Notes under the pieces: model-generated
The model's input: only the letters and a program-made list of their open reading frames with translations
Told to the model about the DNA's origin: nothing
The model's database searches: none
Assembly: GCA_031430895.1 (NCBI GenBank)
Contig: JANPCJ010000349.1
Span: 95 to 64,094 of the forward strand
Length of the DNA stretch: 64,000 bases
DNA from: Chloracidobacterium sp.
GTDB taxonomy: Bacteria; Acidobacteriota; Blastocatellia; Pyrinomonadales; Pyrinomonadaceae
Direction: 5' to 3'
Made by a program: the position numbers and the translations under genes
In this document: piece by piece, positions 17,224 through 26,761 of the stretch
Position numbering within the stretch: position 1 is the stretch's first letter
How the letters are laid out: each line of letters starts with the position of its first letter

Positions 17224-19368
17224 TTATCTTGCCACCGAAACGCTTATGTGTGACGGGTGCCTGGCCGAACGATAGATTCTTTGCGTCGCCGCTTTAAAAT
17301 CACTCCCTGACGCCTTAAAGATATTGGGCACAAAGGTTTGCGGATTTCGGTCATAAAGCGGGAACCAACTGCTCTGCACCTGCACCATGATGCGGTGACC
17401 TTTTTTGAACGTATAGTTTTGGCCCCGTAGATCGACCGAATATTCGAGCGGCTTATTCGGCTCGACGGCCACCGCTTTTTCAAAGCTTTTTCGGTATCTT
17501 CCGCGGAAGATTTCTTCCGAGACCATTAATTGATATAGCGCCATATTCACCGGCTCGGCATCGGGCGGGTAGACGTCGATGAGCTTTACAACCCAATCGC
17601 TATCCGTGCCGCTGGTTGAGGCAAAGAGACTGGCAACGACGTCGCCGGTTATTGTCAAATCGTCGCCTAGTGCATCGGTCTGCCAGGAAAGAACGTCCTT
17701 GCGGTCGGCGAGGTGTCGTTGGTCATCAACGAGCCAGGCACCCCAGGTCGAGCCCTGCGTATATGTCTGCAGGATCGGCGTTTTACGGTAGGGAACCGGG
17801 TTTGCCGGGTCAGAAACGTACGAATCGAATGCCTCGCCCTTGTCGGCTGGTTTGTCAAAGCCAAGCTTACCATTTGTCTGCAGATACAGTCCACGTTTCT
17901 CGACGTTTTTCGGCGTCCACGAGTCGTAGGTCATCCAGCGGTTAGAGGCGGATTGAAAAATCGTCGCTTCGGCGGGTGTGAAATCGCCCTTATCTTTCAA
18001 CAACTTAGCAAACCAGCGAGCCTGTATCTCTTGGCGAAAATAATTACCCGTATCGCTGCCAAAATCTATCGCCCCGAGCCGCCGTGCCCGTCCGCCCCAG
18101 CCGCCGTGGTTCCATGGGCCCATGACGAGAAACACCTGATTATCACGGTCGGTCTTTTCGAGGGTTTTGTACATCGCCAGCGGCCCGTACATATCTTCCT
18201 GGTCCCACCAGCCGCCCACGATGAGCGTCGGCACGCTTGTATCTTTCAAATAGAGATTTGTGGCGCGTGCCTGCCAATAGCCGTCCCATGACGGGTGTTC
18301 GAGAAATGCCTTCCAGGAATGCGATTTTGCCGCTAGCTGCGGTGCGATGGTTTGCATCTTACCGAGCGGCAGATACCACTGGTACATATCCGGGTTATCA
18401 AACGAAACGTCGCCGCCTTTCTTAGCGCTTTCGAGCGGCACGGCCCATTCGTATGCATATGTTTGCCGAAACGCTCCGTGGTGCATAAAATCGTCGCCCA
18501 TCCAGAGATCTGTGACCGGTGCCTGGGGCGACGAGGCTTTTAACGCCGGGTGCGGATCGATCAGCGCGACCGCAGCGAGCCAGCCAGGATAGCTGACGCC
18601 CGCGATGCCGACGCGGCCGTTATTTTTAGGCACATTCTTGAGCAAATAATCAATAGTGTCATATGTATCGGTACTCTCGTCGATTGATTTCGTGTCGCGT
18701 TTGTCGCGCGGCGGCCGCAGCATCTCAAACACGCCCTCAGAATCTTCGCGACCGCGAATGTCCTGAAATACAAATACATACCCATCCGAAACCAACTCTG
18801 CCTTAGCTCCATTGACGCGGGACGAGTTCCACCCGGCAACGCCGTATGGAGTCCGCTCCATATAGATCGGAAGATTCTCAGTTTGTGTCTCGGGCGTCAA
18901 GATGATTGTGAACAATTTAACGCCGTCGCGCATCGGGATCATGGCTTCGGTGCGGTTAAATGCCACCCGCATGTCCTTTTGCGGAGTCTCGGCGATCCTT
19001 TTTGTTATGATTTCCCTTCCCTGGAACCATCTCATACCGGTTACCCGACCCTGCGCGTCCCTCAGAAACTCCGCATCTGCAACCGGCGCCTTGAGAAAGA
19101 ACTTGTTCTCGGACGATGAGAATATCTCGACCTTGTCCTGATTCGTCACGCGTAAATAAAACTTGTCACCCTCGCGGAAGAACGAGAATACGATGCCGGC
19201 AAGATTAACAGCGTCCTCGTACTGCCCGACAAATGCATCGAACTTTGCCGGATCGATCTTTATCTCAACCGGCGCCCGTGCCGGAGCCGTCTGCTGGGCT
19301 AGGGCGGGCGAAGAGACGTTAAAAAGCGCGACTATCAGCGCGAGGTAAAATACAATCCTTTTATTCAT
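17224..19368 (-). CDS. Secreted CocE/NonD-family hydrolase (X-Pro dipeptidyl-peptidase S15-like)
   Basis: The start was moved to ATG 19368, which has an AGGAG RBS and gives the signal peptide MNKRIVFYLALIVALFNVSSPALAQ. The longer ORF would overlap mnmE. GVSYPGWLA is the nucleophile elbow. Confidence 0.7.
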   Translation of the reverse strand: MNKRIVFYLALIVALFNVSSPALAQQTAPARAPVEIKIDPAKFDAFVGQYEDAVNLAGIVFSFFREGDKFYLRVTNQDKVEIFSSSENKFFLKAPVADAEFLRDAQGRVTGMRWFQGREIITKRIAETPQKDMRVAFNRTEAMIPMRDGVKLFTIILTPETQTENLPIYMERTPYGVAGWNSSRVNGAKAELVSDGYVFVFQDIRGREDSEGVFEMLRPPRDKRDTKSIDESTDTYDTIDYLLKNVPKNNGRVGIAGVSYPGWLAAVALIDPHPALKASSPQAPVTDLWMGDDFMHHGAFRQTYAYEWAVPLESAKKGGDVSFDNPDMYQWYLPLGKMQTIAPQLAAKSHSWKAFLEHPSWDGYWQARATNLYLKDTSVPTLIVGGWWDQEDMYGPLAMYKTLEKTDRDNQVFLVMGPWNHGGWGGRARRLGAIDFGSDTGNYFRQEIQARWFAKLLKDKGDFTPAEATIFQSASNRWMTYDSWTPKNVEKRGLYLQTNGKLGFDKPADKGEAFDSYVSDPANPVPYRKTPILQTYTQGSTWGAWLVDDQRHLADRKDVLSWQTDALGDDLTITGDVVASLFASTSGTDSDWVVKLIDVYPPDAEPVNMALYQLMVSEEIFRGRYRKSFEKAVAVEPNKPLEYSVDLRGQNYTFKKGHRIMVQVQSSWFPLYDRNPQTFVPNIFKASGSDFKAATQRIYRSARHPSHISVSVAR

Positions 19369-19490
19369 TCGAAACTCCTGATCTTTCTGTAAGCGATAGT
19401 AATACACTACTTTCTTGAGATGTTGTATAGCAAGGTTTGAATACGTGGGCGAAAGAGAAAAAGATTCGGAAATTTTGCGCTTTGCTCTAA

Positions 19491-20873
19491 CTACTTGCCG
19501 ATACAAAATGTTGAGAAGATACGGGTTAACATATCCTCGGTCGTCGTTTCGCCTGTGATCTGACCAAGATAACGAAGAGCGTTGTGCAGACCGATGAGAA
19601 CTATCTCCTCGCTAATTTTCTGATTTAGTTGATCCAGCGATTGCTCGATCTCTGAGCGCGAGCGAACAAGCAAATCATGATGACGAGCATCGGTGACAAG
19701 AAAACCGGTATCGGCCGAGTCCTGCGCGGAGAATGGCTCTACAATCGCCTTTCGCAGCAAGTCCAACCCTTCGCCCGTCTTGGCGGACAAGAGAACAATC
19801 TCAGATTTAAAATTTGAAATTTGAGATTCCGCGTTCTCGATCTCACATGGCGACGCCTTGTCGATTTTATTTAGAGCGATGATGTGCTCGATTCCTCCGA
19901 CAGAATCGATGATCTTGATGTCCTCCGCCGTGACCGCTTCGCTTGCGTCCAGCATTACAATGACAATGTCCGCATCGGCCATCGTCGCCTTTGACCGTTC
20001 GACACCGATGCTCTCGACGGTGTCGGTCGTTTCACGCAAACCCGCCGTGTCAATCAAGGAGATTGGAATATCCCCGATCGTAAACCGCTCGTGAATCTGA
20101 TCGCGCGTGGTGCCGGCTATCTCGGTTACAATCGCCCGGTCGCTACCGAGTAAAGCATTGAAGAGACTAGATTTACCGACATTTGGACGCCCCACCAAAG
20201 CGACTCGCAGACCCTCACGTATCAGACGCCCGGCTTGGAATGTGGAAGCGAGTCTTCCGGTTTCCTCCGCGATCGCCGCTAGTTTTTTCTTTACGCTCTC
20301 GGCCTGTAGTTCAGGCAAATCGTCTTCGACAAACTCGAGCGCCGATTCAAGAACGACGATCACGTTCAAAAGATCGTCTTTCAACGGCTGCAATGACACG
20401 GAAAATTCGCCACGCATTTGCCTGATCGCCTGCCGCGCGGACGCTGTTGTTTGCGCATCGATCAGGTCGCGTATCGCCTCGACCTCGGCGAGATTCATGC
20501 GGCCATTCGCAAGAGCGCGTAAAGAAAATTCCCCCGCGTCAGCCATCCGAGCACCCTCTGCCAGGCAAATGTCGATTACCTGCCGAAGCAACACCGGCGA
20601 TCCGTGGCAGCTGATCTCAACGACATCCTCACCGGTGAAGGAATGTGGCGCTTTGAAGTAGGTGATTATCGCTTCGTCGATAACCTCGTTTTTTCCTGGA
20701 TCGTAGAGATTCTTCAGTACGGCCGCTCGAGGTACGGGTGAGTGAGCTCCGTCATTGACCAAATTTCTGGTTATAGCAAGAGCATCAGCGCCACTGAGCC
20801 TGAGCACACCAATGCCGCTTCGACCCGTTGGTGTTGCCAATGCGACGATTGTTGACGCCATACAATGTCCCAA
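19491..20873 (-). CDS. mnmE: tRNA modification GTPase MnmE (TrmE)
   Basis: [14 protein letters not shown] (G1), DTAGLRE (G3), LNKID (G4) and the C-terminal FCIGK motif. The start may instead be the ATG at 20861 (MASTIV). Confidence 0.9.
   Translation of the reverse strand: MGHCMASTIVALATPTGRSGIGVLRLSGADALAITRNLVNDGAHSPVPRAAVLKNLYDPGKNEVIDEAIITYFKAPHSFTGEDVVEISCHGSPVLLRQVIDICLAEGARMADAGEFSLRALANGRMNLAEVEAIRDLIDAQTTASARQAIRQMRGEFSVSLQPLKDDLLNVIVVLESALEFVEDDLPELQAESVKKKLAAIAEETGRLASTFQAGRLIREGLRVALVGRPNVGKSSLFNALLGSDRAIVTEIAGTTRDQIHERFTIGDIPISLIDTAGLRETTDTVESIGVERSKATMADADIVIVMLDASEAVTAEDIKIIDSVGGIEHIIALNKIDKASPCEIENAESQISNFKSEIVLLSAKTGEGLDLLRKAIVEPFSAQDSADTGFLVTDARHHDLLVRSRSEIEQSLDQLNQKISEEIVLIGLHNALRYLGQITGETTTEDMLTRIFSTFCIGK
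19801..19830. repeat. aaatttga word element in-frame within mnmE
   Basis: tcagatttaaaatttgaaatttgagattcc encodes [13 protein letters not shown] between the G4 and G5 motifs. Confidence 0.7.
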
Positions 20874-20917
20874 AATAGTTATCGACAGTGCTTTCGTTTT
20901 ACGATAACATAATCGAT

Positions 20918-21124
20918 ATGAAAACAGTTACACTTTCCCCAAAATTCCAAGTGGTCATCCCTCAGACGATTCGAGAGGCTCTAAACCTAGTGCCGGGAGA
21001 AAAAATGAGGGTCATTAGATATGGTAATCGAGTTGAATTTATTCCGGTTCGGACCGCGCAGCAATTGCGAGGGCTGCTTCGTGGAATTGATACGAATATC
21101 GAGCGCGAGGACGACCGTTTGTGA
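20918..21124 (+). CDS. AbrB/SpoVT-fold antitoxin (VapB-like)
   Basis: MKTVTLSPKFQVVIPQTIREALNLVPGEKM is a looped-hinge-helix motif. The gene overlaps the downstream PIN gene by 4 nt. Confidence 0.75.
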   Translation: MKTVTLSPKFQVVIPQTIREALNLVPGEKMRVIRYGNRVEFIPVRTAQQLRGLLRGIDTNIEREDDRL

Positions 21125-21489
21125 CGGGGGCGAACGTCGTCGATTCATCCGGCTGGCTTGAGTATCTTGGCGATACGGCGCGAGGGCCTCTGTTTGCCGC
21201 TGCCATCGAGGACAGCGATAACCTTTTCATTCCGGTCATCTCTATTTACGAAGTTTTCAAGAAAATTCTCCGGGAGCAAGGTGAGGACAACGCCCTTCAA
21301 ATCGCGAGCCTCATGCTATCCGGCACCGTGATCGACCTCGACTCGTCCCTAGCGCTGGAGTCCGCTCACTACCGTTTGCCGCTGGCCGACAGCATAATTT
21401 ATGCCACGACCATCCGACACGGGGCAACTCTCTGGACACAGGATGAGCACTTTAAACATCTGCCGCATGTCCGATATTTTTCACTATGA
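21121..21489 (+). CDS. vapC: PIN-domain toxin VapC
   Basis: VVDSSGWLEYL (N-terminal acidic D), IPVISIYEV and LADSIIYATT. The protein is 122 aa. Confidence 0.8.
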   Translation: MTGANVVDSSGWLEYLGDTARGPLFAAAIEDSDNLFIPVISIYEVFKKILREQGEDNALQIASLMLSGTVIDLDSSLALESAHYRLPLADSIIYATTIRHGATLWTQDEHFKHLPHVRYFSL

Positions 21490-21549
21490 CATTCAGTTCA
21501 ACCCGGCTGCGAGCGATTCGCCTGCCGGACGATTATCGGAGAAAATAAT

Positions 21550-21856
21550 ATGCGTAACTTCATCCCGGCCAAAAAACGTGTTGACGTCTCACCCGGCGAA
21601 TCGGTTCGGATAATTCGCGAACTGCAGGGTCTCACTCGGGTCACAACTGTCCGCATTGTGCGGAATACCTCAAACCGTTATTTCCGCGATCGAAACCGGA
21701 CGTGTCAATCTTGGTGTCGAACGTGCCAAGACGCTTGCGACCGCACTCGAATGTCACCCGGCCGTACTCGTATTTCCCGGATGGCCCCGGGCCGCACGCC
21801 TTAACGCAAAAGCCGAGCCGAGCCGCGGAATTGCGCGCTCTGCTTCGCGGCATTGA
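21550..21856 (+). pseudogene. Frameshifted XRE-family HTH gene (antitoxin-like)
   Basis: Frame 1 reads MRNFIPAKKRVDVSPGESVRIIRELQGLT. Frame 2 continues as LGSQLSALCGIPQTVISAIETGRVNLGVERAKTLATALECHPAVLVFPGW. The one-nucleotide shift is near 21625-21640. Confidence 0.55.
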
Positions 21857-22071
21857 TACTACCATTGAACGCGACGACGACCGATTGTGACCGCATTCCA
21901 TACATTACACATCGGGAGAATCTCAAAAAGTGAAGAATGAATTACCTGAATCTCGATTAGAATATTGACTATCATGAATCAATCGCGATTAGACTGGATT
22001 TGGGTGCGCAATGCCGAATGATTCCGGATATTTAGTTAGACGTTTTTTCTTGAGCCGGAGAATAAAGATTA

Positions 22072-23217
22072 ATGTGTAGATTACTTTTTGTCTTTATAGC
22101 TTTGCTGTTTTGTACTGCAACTTTGGTCCAAGCCGATGAGGTTGATGTTTACGTTAATTCGCAGATGCAAAAGCGTGATAATCCCGGGACTTCAACTTGC
22201 CGTCGTTCGTAACGGCAAAATTATCAAAGCTCAAAGCTACGGCATAGCAAATCTCGAACTCAATGCTCCCGTAACCGACGATACGATGTTTGAGATTGCT
22301 TCAAACAGCAAACAATACACCGCCGGAGCGATTATGCTTTTAGAGCTGGACGGAAAGTTGAATCTCGATGACGGCATTACAAAATATCTTTCCGGTCTTC
22401 CCCAAACTTATAGTGCGATTACCGTCCGGCATCTGCTCAACCACACTTCGGGCGTTAAAGATTACATCGAAGAATTTCAGTTAAACCGCAGTCTTATTTA
22501 CACAAATCAGGAACTTATAAAGCGCATCGGCGCGAATGAATTGAATTTTCCGCCCGGCGAAGATGCCAAATACAGTACAACGGGCTATCTTTTGCTCGGA
22601 ATAATTATTGAACAAATCACGGGGAAACCTTACGGCGAGTTTTTGCGAGAACGGATTTTCGCGCCGCTCGGTATGAACAGAACGCGGGTGATAAATCTGG
22701 CGGAAATTATTCCTAATCGGGCAACAGGCTATAAGTTTGAAAATGGCGTTTTTCGTAACGGCAGATTTGTTGCGCAGACGCTTCGCTCCGGCGCGGACAT
22801 TGGATTGATGACCACCGCTTTGGATACGGTCAAGTGGGATGCCGCTTTGAATACAAACAGATTTTTACGCGGGTCAGCCTCGATGCGCTGTTCGCGCCCG
22901 CCAAACTCAAAAGCGGCTTGGTTGCCTACAACGATTGGAACGGTCACTTCGGTTTGGGTTGGTTTATAGACGATTATTTCGGGCAGCGGGAGATAAATCA
23001 CGGCGGCACTTTTATCACTGGGTTTCACGCGAACATCTCACGCTTCGTTGATGAAAAATTGACCGTCATCATTTTGACCAACCGCGTGTTGTCTGACCCT
23101 TCGACGATTGGTTACGCGATTGCCGGAATTTACAATCCCGATTTGCGTCCGCCTTTTATGCTAAATGCGAAAAAAGACGGCAATCTACCGCGAACGCCAC
23201 GTCATCTCAACCGTTAA
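22072..23217 (+). pseudogene. Serine hydrolase / class-C beta-lactamase-family gene with two frameshifts
   Basis: The signal peptide MCRLLFVFIALLFCTATLVQA (frame 1, from 22072) stops at ~22210. Frame 2 carries IPGLQLAVVRNGKII...FEIASNSKQYT (SxxK) up to ~22860. Frame 1 resumes with IFTRVSLDALFAP...HFGLGWFI...HGGTFITGF...VIILTNR. Confidence 0.6.
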
Positions 23218-23223
23218 CAGAGG

Positions 23224-23673
23224 CTATTGCAATCTCACCTGCAAACGCCGGTCGCGGCCGTCGCCGACCGATTCGGTAAACAGGTCTTCCTCTTTCTGTA
23301 GCGTCATGTGGATAATTCGTCGCTCGGTTGAATTGAGGACGCCGAAAGTGAATGGGCGGCCGTTTTTGCGGACTTGATCCGCGGCGAAGCGGGCCATCGC
23401 GTGTAATTCGGCTTTGCGAGTCTGCCTGAAGCCCTCGGCGTCGACTACAAAGCGGTGTTCACGGTCGAGCTCGCGACCGTAGGCCTGAAAAAGCAATACC
23501 TCAAACGCGTCGAGCAGCTCACCATTCTCGGCGAGGGCAAAATGCGAATCCTCGCCACTTAGATTCAACAGGCAGCCTTCGTCAGTCCACACAGCGGAAA
23601 CAGTCAGATCAAAACGCAGATCCGCGACGAGTCCTGAGAGGAATTCCTTTGCGTTTTCACAAGTTTGGTTCAT
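23224..23673 (-). CDS. jag: Jag/KhpB-like RNA-binding protein (KH + R3H domains)
   Basis: The C-terminal LNSTERRIIHMTLQ is an R3H motif. It sits directly downstream of yidC. Confidence 0.7.
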   Translation of the reverse strand: MNQTCENAKEFLSGLVADLRFDLTVSAVWTDEGCLLNLSGEDSHFALAENGELLDAFEVLLFQAYGRELDREHRFVVDAEGFRQTRKAELHAMARFAADQVRKNGRPFTFGVLNSTERRIIHMTLQKEEDLFTESVGDGRDRRLQVRLQ

Positions 23674-23678
23674 AGACT

Positions 23679-23811
23679 GGAACGCAGGCGCCCTCGCCTG
23701 CTACGCCGGTTCCTCCGGCGTAAAGATGCTCAGTATTTTGCAATTTGCATCAGTTTCACGTTTGTCAGCGTCCTTAAGAAGGACGCTTGCAGGCGAGGGC
23801 GCCCGCGTTCC
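23679..23811. repeat. GC-rich 23-bp inverted repeat with a nested hairpin between yidC and jag
   Basis: ggaacgcaggcgccctcgcctgc (23679-23701) pairs with gcaggcgagggcgcccgcgttcc (23789-23811) with 1 mismatch. The inner palindrome agcgtccttaagaaggacgct lies at 23767-23787. Confidence 0.85.
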
Positions 23812-23816
23812 CGGCT

Positions 23817-25745
23817 TCAAGTCGTCGACAGCTTTGGCTTAACCTTTTTTGCATTTGCCGGAACGGAATCCACGATTTCGGTCCCGGGCGGCGTACTAGT
23901 CTTGTTCATACGGTTAATCACCATCTGCTGGCCAAAGCTTACGATGTTTCCAAAGAACCAGTATAGCAAAAGTCCCGACGGAGCGGCCCACATCACCCAT
24001 AGCATCATTGCCGGCATCAGATAGGTCATCATCCTTTGCTGCATCTGCTGTTCGGGCGTAACGACGGCGGCCTGTGGCGTGAACTTCATCGACAGGATCA
24101 TCGACAAGGCGAAGGCGAATTCAAGAAGATGCCACGGATCGGCGGCCGAAAGATCGGGCAGCCAGATAAACGACGCCTGTCGCACTTCGAGCGAGACGGT
24201 CACGGCCGTGTAAAAGGCGATCAGCAAAGGAAACTGCAGCAGCATCGGCAGACACCCGCCGATAGGCAGAGCGTCCTTTGTCATCTTGAGCTGATCCATC
24301 TGCAGCTGCCGCATCCGGGGATCGTCGGTCGGAACGCCCTTCTTTTGCAGGTCCTTGATCTTATCCTGTATCGCCTTCATCTTCGGCGCGTTGCCCGACG
24401 CTTTCTTGAACGAACGCGACTGGTACCATCGCAGCGGAAACAGCAGCGAGTAGAACAGGAATGTAAAAATGATGATCGCGACGCCGTAGTTGTGCGTCAA
24501 ACCGTTAAAGAAATTTAACGCGTAGAGAATTGGTATCGACAATCGCGATGTAACGGGACGAACCCAACTATAATTACTAAAATTTATGAGATTAGTGATA
24601 CTGATGGGCCGGCCGGCGTCTTTCGAGAGCGAATCATTTAACGCCGAAAGAAGAAAGTAATCTTTCGTGCCGGTAAAAACCCTGGTCACCGAACCGTCGG
24701 TTGGAATCGGCAGATAAACGGTTACGAGATGGCGTGTCTCGCTGGTTTTGGCGTTGCGCAGGACCCACTGGAAAATGCTTTCGTAGAATGGATGCTGCGT
24801 TTGGACATCGTATTTCGACGCTCTGTACTCCACCGATTGGGCCGCTGTCGCCGGGACCGCCGCCATCGCAAAATATGCGTCGCCGACCCCGGCCCAGTCG
24901 ACGTTCCCCGTTTCGATTAGCGAAGCCTGATTATTTCCGTCGTAAGTAAAACTATAATTGCCCTGGTGGCGTTTAAAGTCACCGTTGATGGCGGCTACCG
25001 CTTCGGATTCGATATGGTAAAAATTGTGGTTATTGATTGCGTGGTCGCCGATGCTCGCGCCAATGAGCAATCTCGTGTTGGGCACCGGTTGACCGCCGCG
25101 TTTTAGTGTAACTCCAAGATCGGCAACATAGCTGTCGGCCCGGAAAAGAAAAGTCTTCTTAACCTCGACGCCGGTTGCATCCGTCAACGTAAATTCGACC
25201 TGCTGCTCCTGACCGTCAGCTAACGTAATAGTTTCGTCAGCCACCGAAATCTGATAATTGCGGTCGTTTATGAGGTTGGTCAGATTTTGATCGTCCGTCG
25301 CGAGACGAAAGGGTATCTCACGCGGGCTGCGTTTTAGAGCCTCGTCCGAGATCAACTGCAAAGGCTTCTGTTCTCCGTCGTGCGAGCCATCGGCAAAGAG
25401 CGCAAACTCGGCTTTTGGAGACTTGTTTTTGACGATGATCCAACTCGTCGCAAGCGCGCCTTTCGAATCCAGCTTTACCTCATAGAGAGGAGATTTGATG
25501 GTTATCGTCCGATTTGGCGTCGTGTCCGGCGTCGTTGCAGCGGTTGCTGTTTCGGGTTGAGGCTGGGCGGTAGCAGCCGGTTGCGGCGTTGCCGGTTGCG
25601 CGCTATTGGCATTCGCCGCGACGTTTGCGTTGGCGTCGCCGGACGGCTTTGCCGGCGCAAAAAAATACGACCAGCCAAAAAGTATCGCCATCGACAAAAC
25701 GGCCGCGATCAGGAAACGGGATTGATTGGTGCTGTTACCTTCCAT
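23817..25745 (-). CDS. yidC: Membrane protein insertase YidC
   Basis: 642 aa with N-terminal TM FLIAAVLSMAILFGWSYFF, a large periplasmic domain, and a C-terminal 5-TM core (GCLPMLLQFPLLIAFY, PSGLLLYWFFGNIVS). Confidence 0.9.
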   Translation of the reverse strand: MEGNSTNQSRFLIAAVLSMAILFGWSYFFAPAKPSGDANANVAANANSAQPATPQPAATAQPQPETATAATTPDTTPNRTITIKSPLYEVKLDSKGALATSWIIVKNKSPKAEFALFADGSHDGEQKPLQLISDEALKRSPREIPFRLATDDQNLTNLINDRNYQISVADETITLADGQEQQVEFTLTDATGVEVKKTFLFRADSYVADLGVTLKRGGQPVPNTRLLIGASIGDHAINNHNFYHIESEAVAAINGDFKRHQGNYSFTYDGNNQASLIETGNVDWAGVGDAYFAMAAVPATAAQSVEYRASKYDVQTQHPFYESIFQWVLRNAKTSETRHLVTVYLPIPTDGSVTRVFTGTKDYFLLSALNDSLSKDAGRPISITNLINFSNYSWVRPVTSRLSIPILYALNFFNGLTHNYGVAIIIFTFLFYSLLFPLRWYQSRSFKKASGNAPKMKAIQDKIKDLQKKGVPTDDPRMRQLQMDQLKMTKDALPIGGCLPMLLQFPLLIAFYTAVTVSLEVRQASFIWLPDLSAADPWHLLEFAFALSMILSMKFTPQAAVVTPEQQMQQRMMTYLMPAMMLWVMWAAPSGLLLYWFFGNIVSFGQQMVINRMNKTSTPPGTEIVDSVPANAKKVKPKLSTT

Positions 25746-25750
25746 TTGTT

Positions 25751-25812
25751 AGTTCCAAGTTCCAAGTTTCAAGTTAGTAGGCTTTCGACCTGGAACTTGA
25801 AACTTGAAACTC
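25751..25812. repeat. Word hairpin (ttccaagt / tttcaagt words) between yidD and yidC
   Basis: agttccaagttccaagtttcaagtt (25751-25775) pairs with acctggaacttgaaacttgaaact (25789-25812). Confidence 0.8.
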
Positions 25813-26021
25813 TATTCGACCGGATCATGCCCACCTTTACAGAATGGCTGACACCTTAAGATACGCGTGAAACCCATCCAAGTTCCGCGCATCGCGCCAT
25901 ACTTTTCGACCGCCTCGCGTGCGTATTCCGAACATGTCGGCTCAAAGCGACAAGACTGAGGCAGAAAGGGCGATACGAACCGCTTATAAATGCCCAAAAC
26001 ATCTAAGAGCAAAAATTTCAT
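25812..26021 (-). CDS. yidD: Membrane protein insertion efficiency factor YidD
   Basis: From ATG 26021: MKFLLLDVLGIYKRFVSPFLPQSCRFEPTCSEYAREAVEKYG. The upstream 17 codons of the listed ORF (RRKSTLPTGRVSAFF) are a translated REP-A unit. Confidence 0.85.
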   Translation of the reverse strand: MKFLLLDVLGIYKRFVSPFLPQSCRFEPTCSEYAREAVEKYGAMRGTWMGFTRILRCQPFCKGGHDPVE

Positions 26022-26028
26022 CACAAAA

Positions 26029-26069
26029 AAGGCGGAAACACGACCGGTAGGGAGTGTGCTCTTCCGCCT
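26029..26069. repeat. REP-A unit (single hairpin)
   Basis: aaggcggaaacacgaccggtagggagtgtgctcttccgcct. The stems are GGCGGAA/TTCCGCC and ACAC/GTGT. Confidence 0.85.
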
Positions 26070-26097
26070 CATACTACGTTCGCCGTCAGCACCCTCG

Positions 26098-26451
26098 CTA
26101 CCGCTCAGGTTTCCGCCCTACTTTCGCCGCGATATCCTTAAGTTCGGCCAAAGGCTTTTCCAGCTTTACCTTCAAGATGTTCCGCCGTGCATTTATTACC
26201 CAATCGTATTTCGTCGAAATCACTTCAAGCTCGGCGCGGTTCAATCTGAAACTTTCCCGCAACAGCCGTTTGGCGCGATTTCGGTCATGGGCTTTACCAA
26301 TAGCTTTTTTGGTCGCCGTTATGCCAACGCGATGCCTCTCGCCGATTGCGGGCAAAATGAAAACCGTCATAAAACGGCCTTCAAAACGCTTTCCATGCTC
26401 GTACACCCTTAGGAAATCCGCACGTTTCAGCAGACGCGATTCCTTTGGCAG
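26098..26451 (-). CDS. rnpA: Ribonuclease P protein component RnpA (5' end uncertain)
   Basis: LPKESRLLKRADFLRVYEHGKRFEGRFMTVF...GITATKKAIGKAHDRNRAKRLLRE is typical RnpA. The listed ORF start (26628) would fully overlap rpmH. There is no ATG/GTG/TTG in frame after rpmH, so the start is possibly CTG 26451 or ATT 26481. Confidence 0.75.
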   Translation of the reverse strand: MPKESRLLKRADFLRVYEHGKRFEGRFMTVFILPAIGERHRVGITATKKAIGKAHDRNRAKRLLRESFRLNRAELEVISTKYDWVINARRNILKVKLEKPLAELKDIAAKVGRKPER

Positions 26452-26459
26452 CGAAAAGC

Positions 26460-26606
26460 CTAATAATGGTGAACCGTTAATCTCTTGCGGCCTTTCGCCC
26501 GCCGGCGTTTGATTACCGCCCGTCCGTTCTTGGTCGCCATCCTCGCCCTGAAACCATGCTTCTTCGCGCGGCGGCGGTTGTTCGGTTGATATGTTCTCTT
26601 CGGCAT
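26460..26606 (-). CDS. rpmH: 50S ribosomal protein L34
   Basis: Own translation: [48 protein letters not shown]. It is 48 aa, below the ORF-track cut-off, and in the canonical position upstream of rnpA. Confidence 0.9.
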   Translation of the reverse strand: MPKRTYQPNNRRRAKKHGFRARMATKNGRAVIKRRRAKGRKRLTVHHY

Positions 26607-26710
26607 AGTTGCTCTCCATGGGTTTCACCCGAAAGTGAAAACTTTGAGTTTACGGAAAAGGCACGGCCCTGTCAAAGTTGCCTACCGTATTTTAGACCAA
26701 GAACGGACGT

Positions 26711-26761
26711 TTCGAAATAGCTGATAACGGCTTTCAGCTATCCGTTATCAGCTATTTCGAA
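26711..26761. repeat. Word hairpin (agctgataac) overlapping the purN stop
   Basis: ttcgaaatagctgataacgg (26711-26730) and ccgttatcagctatttcgaa (26742-26761) are perfect complements. The purN C-terminus SFEIADNG* is encoded by the right arm. Confidence 0.9.

Noticed and set aside
26452-26628. The N-terminal 59 codons of the listed rnpA ORF.
   Set aside because: This stretch completely overlaps a canonical rpmH in another frame. Its composition is unlike RnpA.
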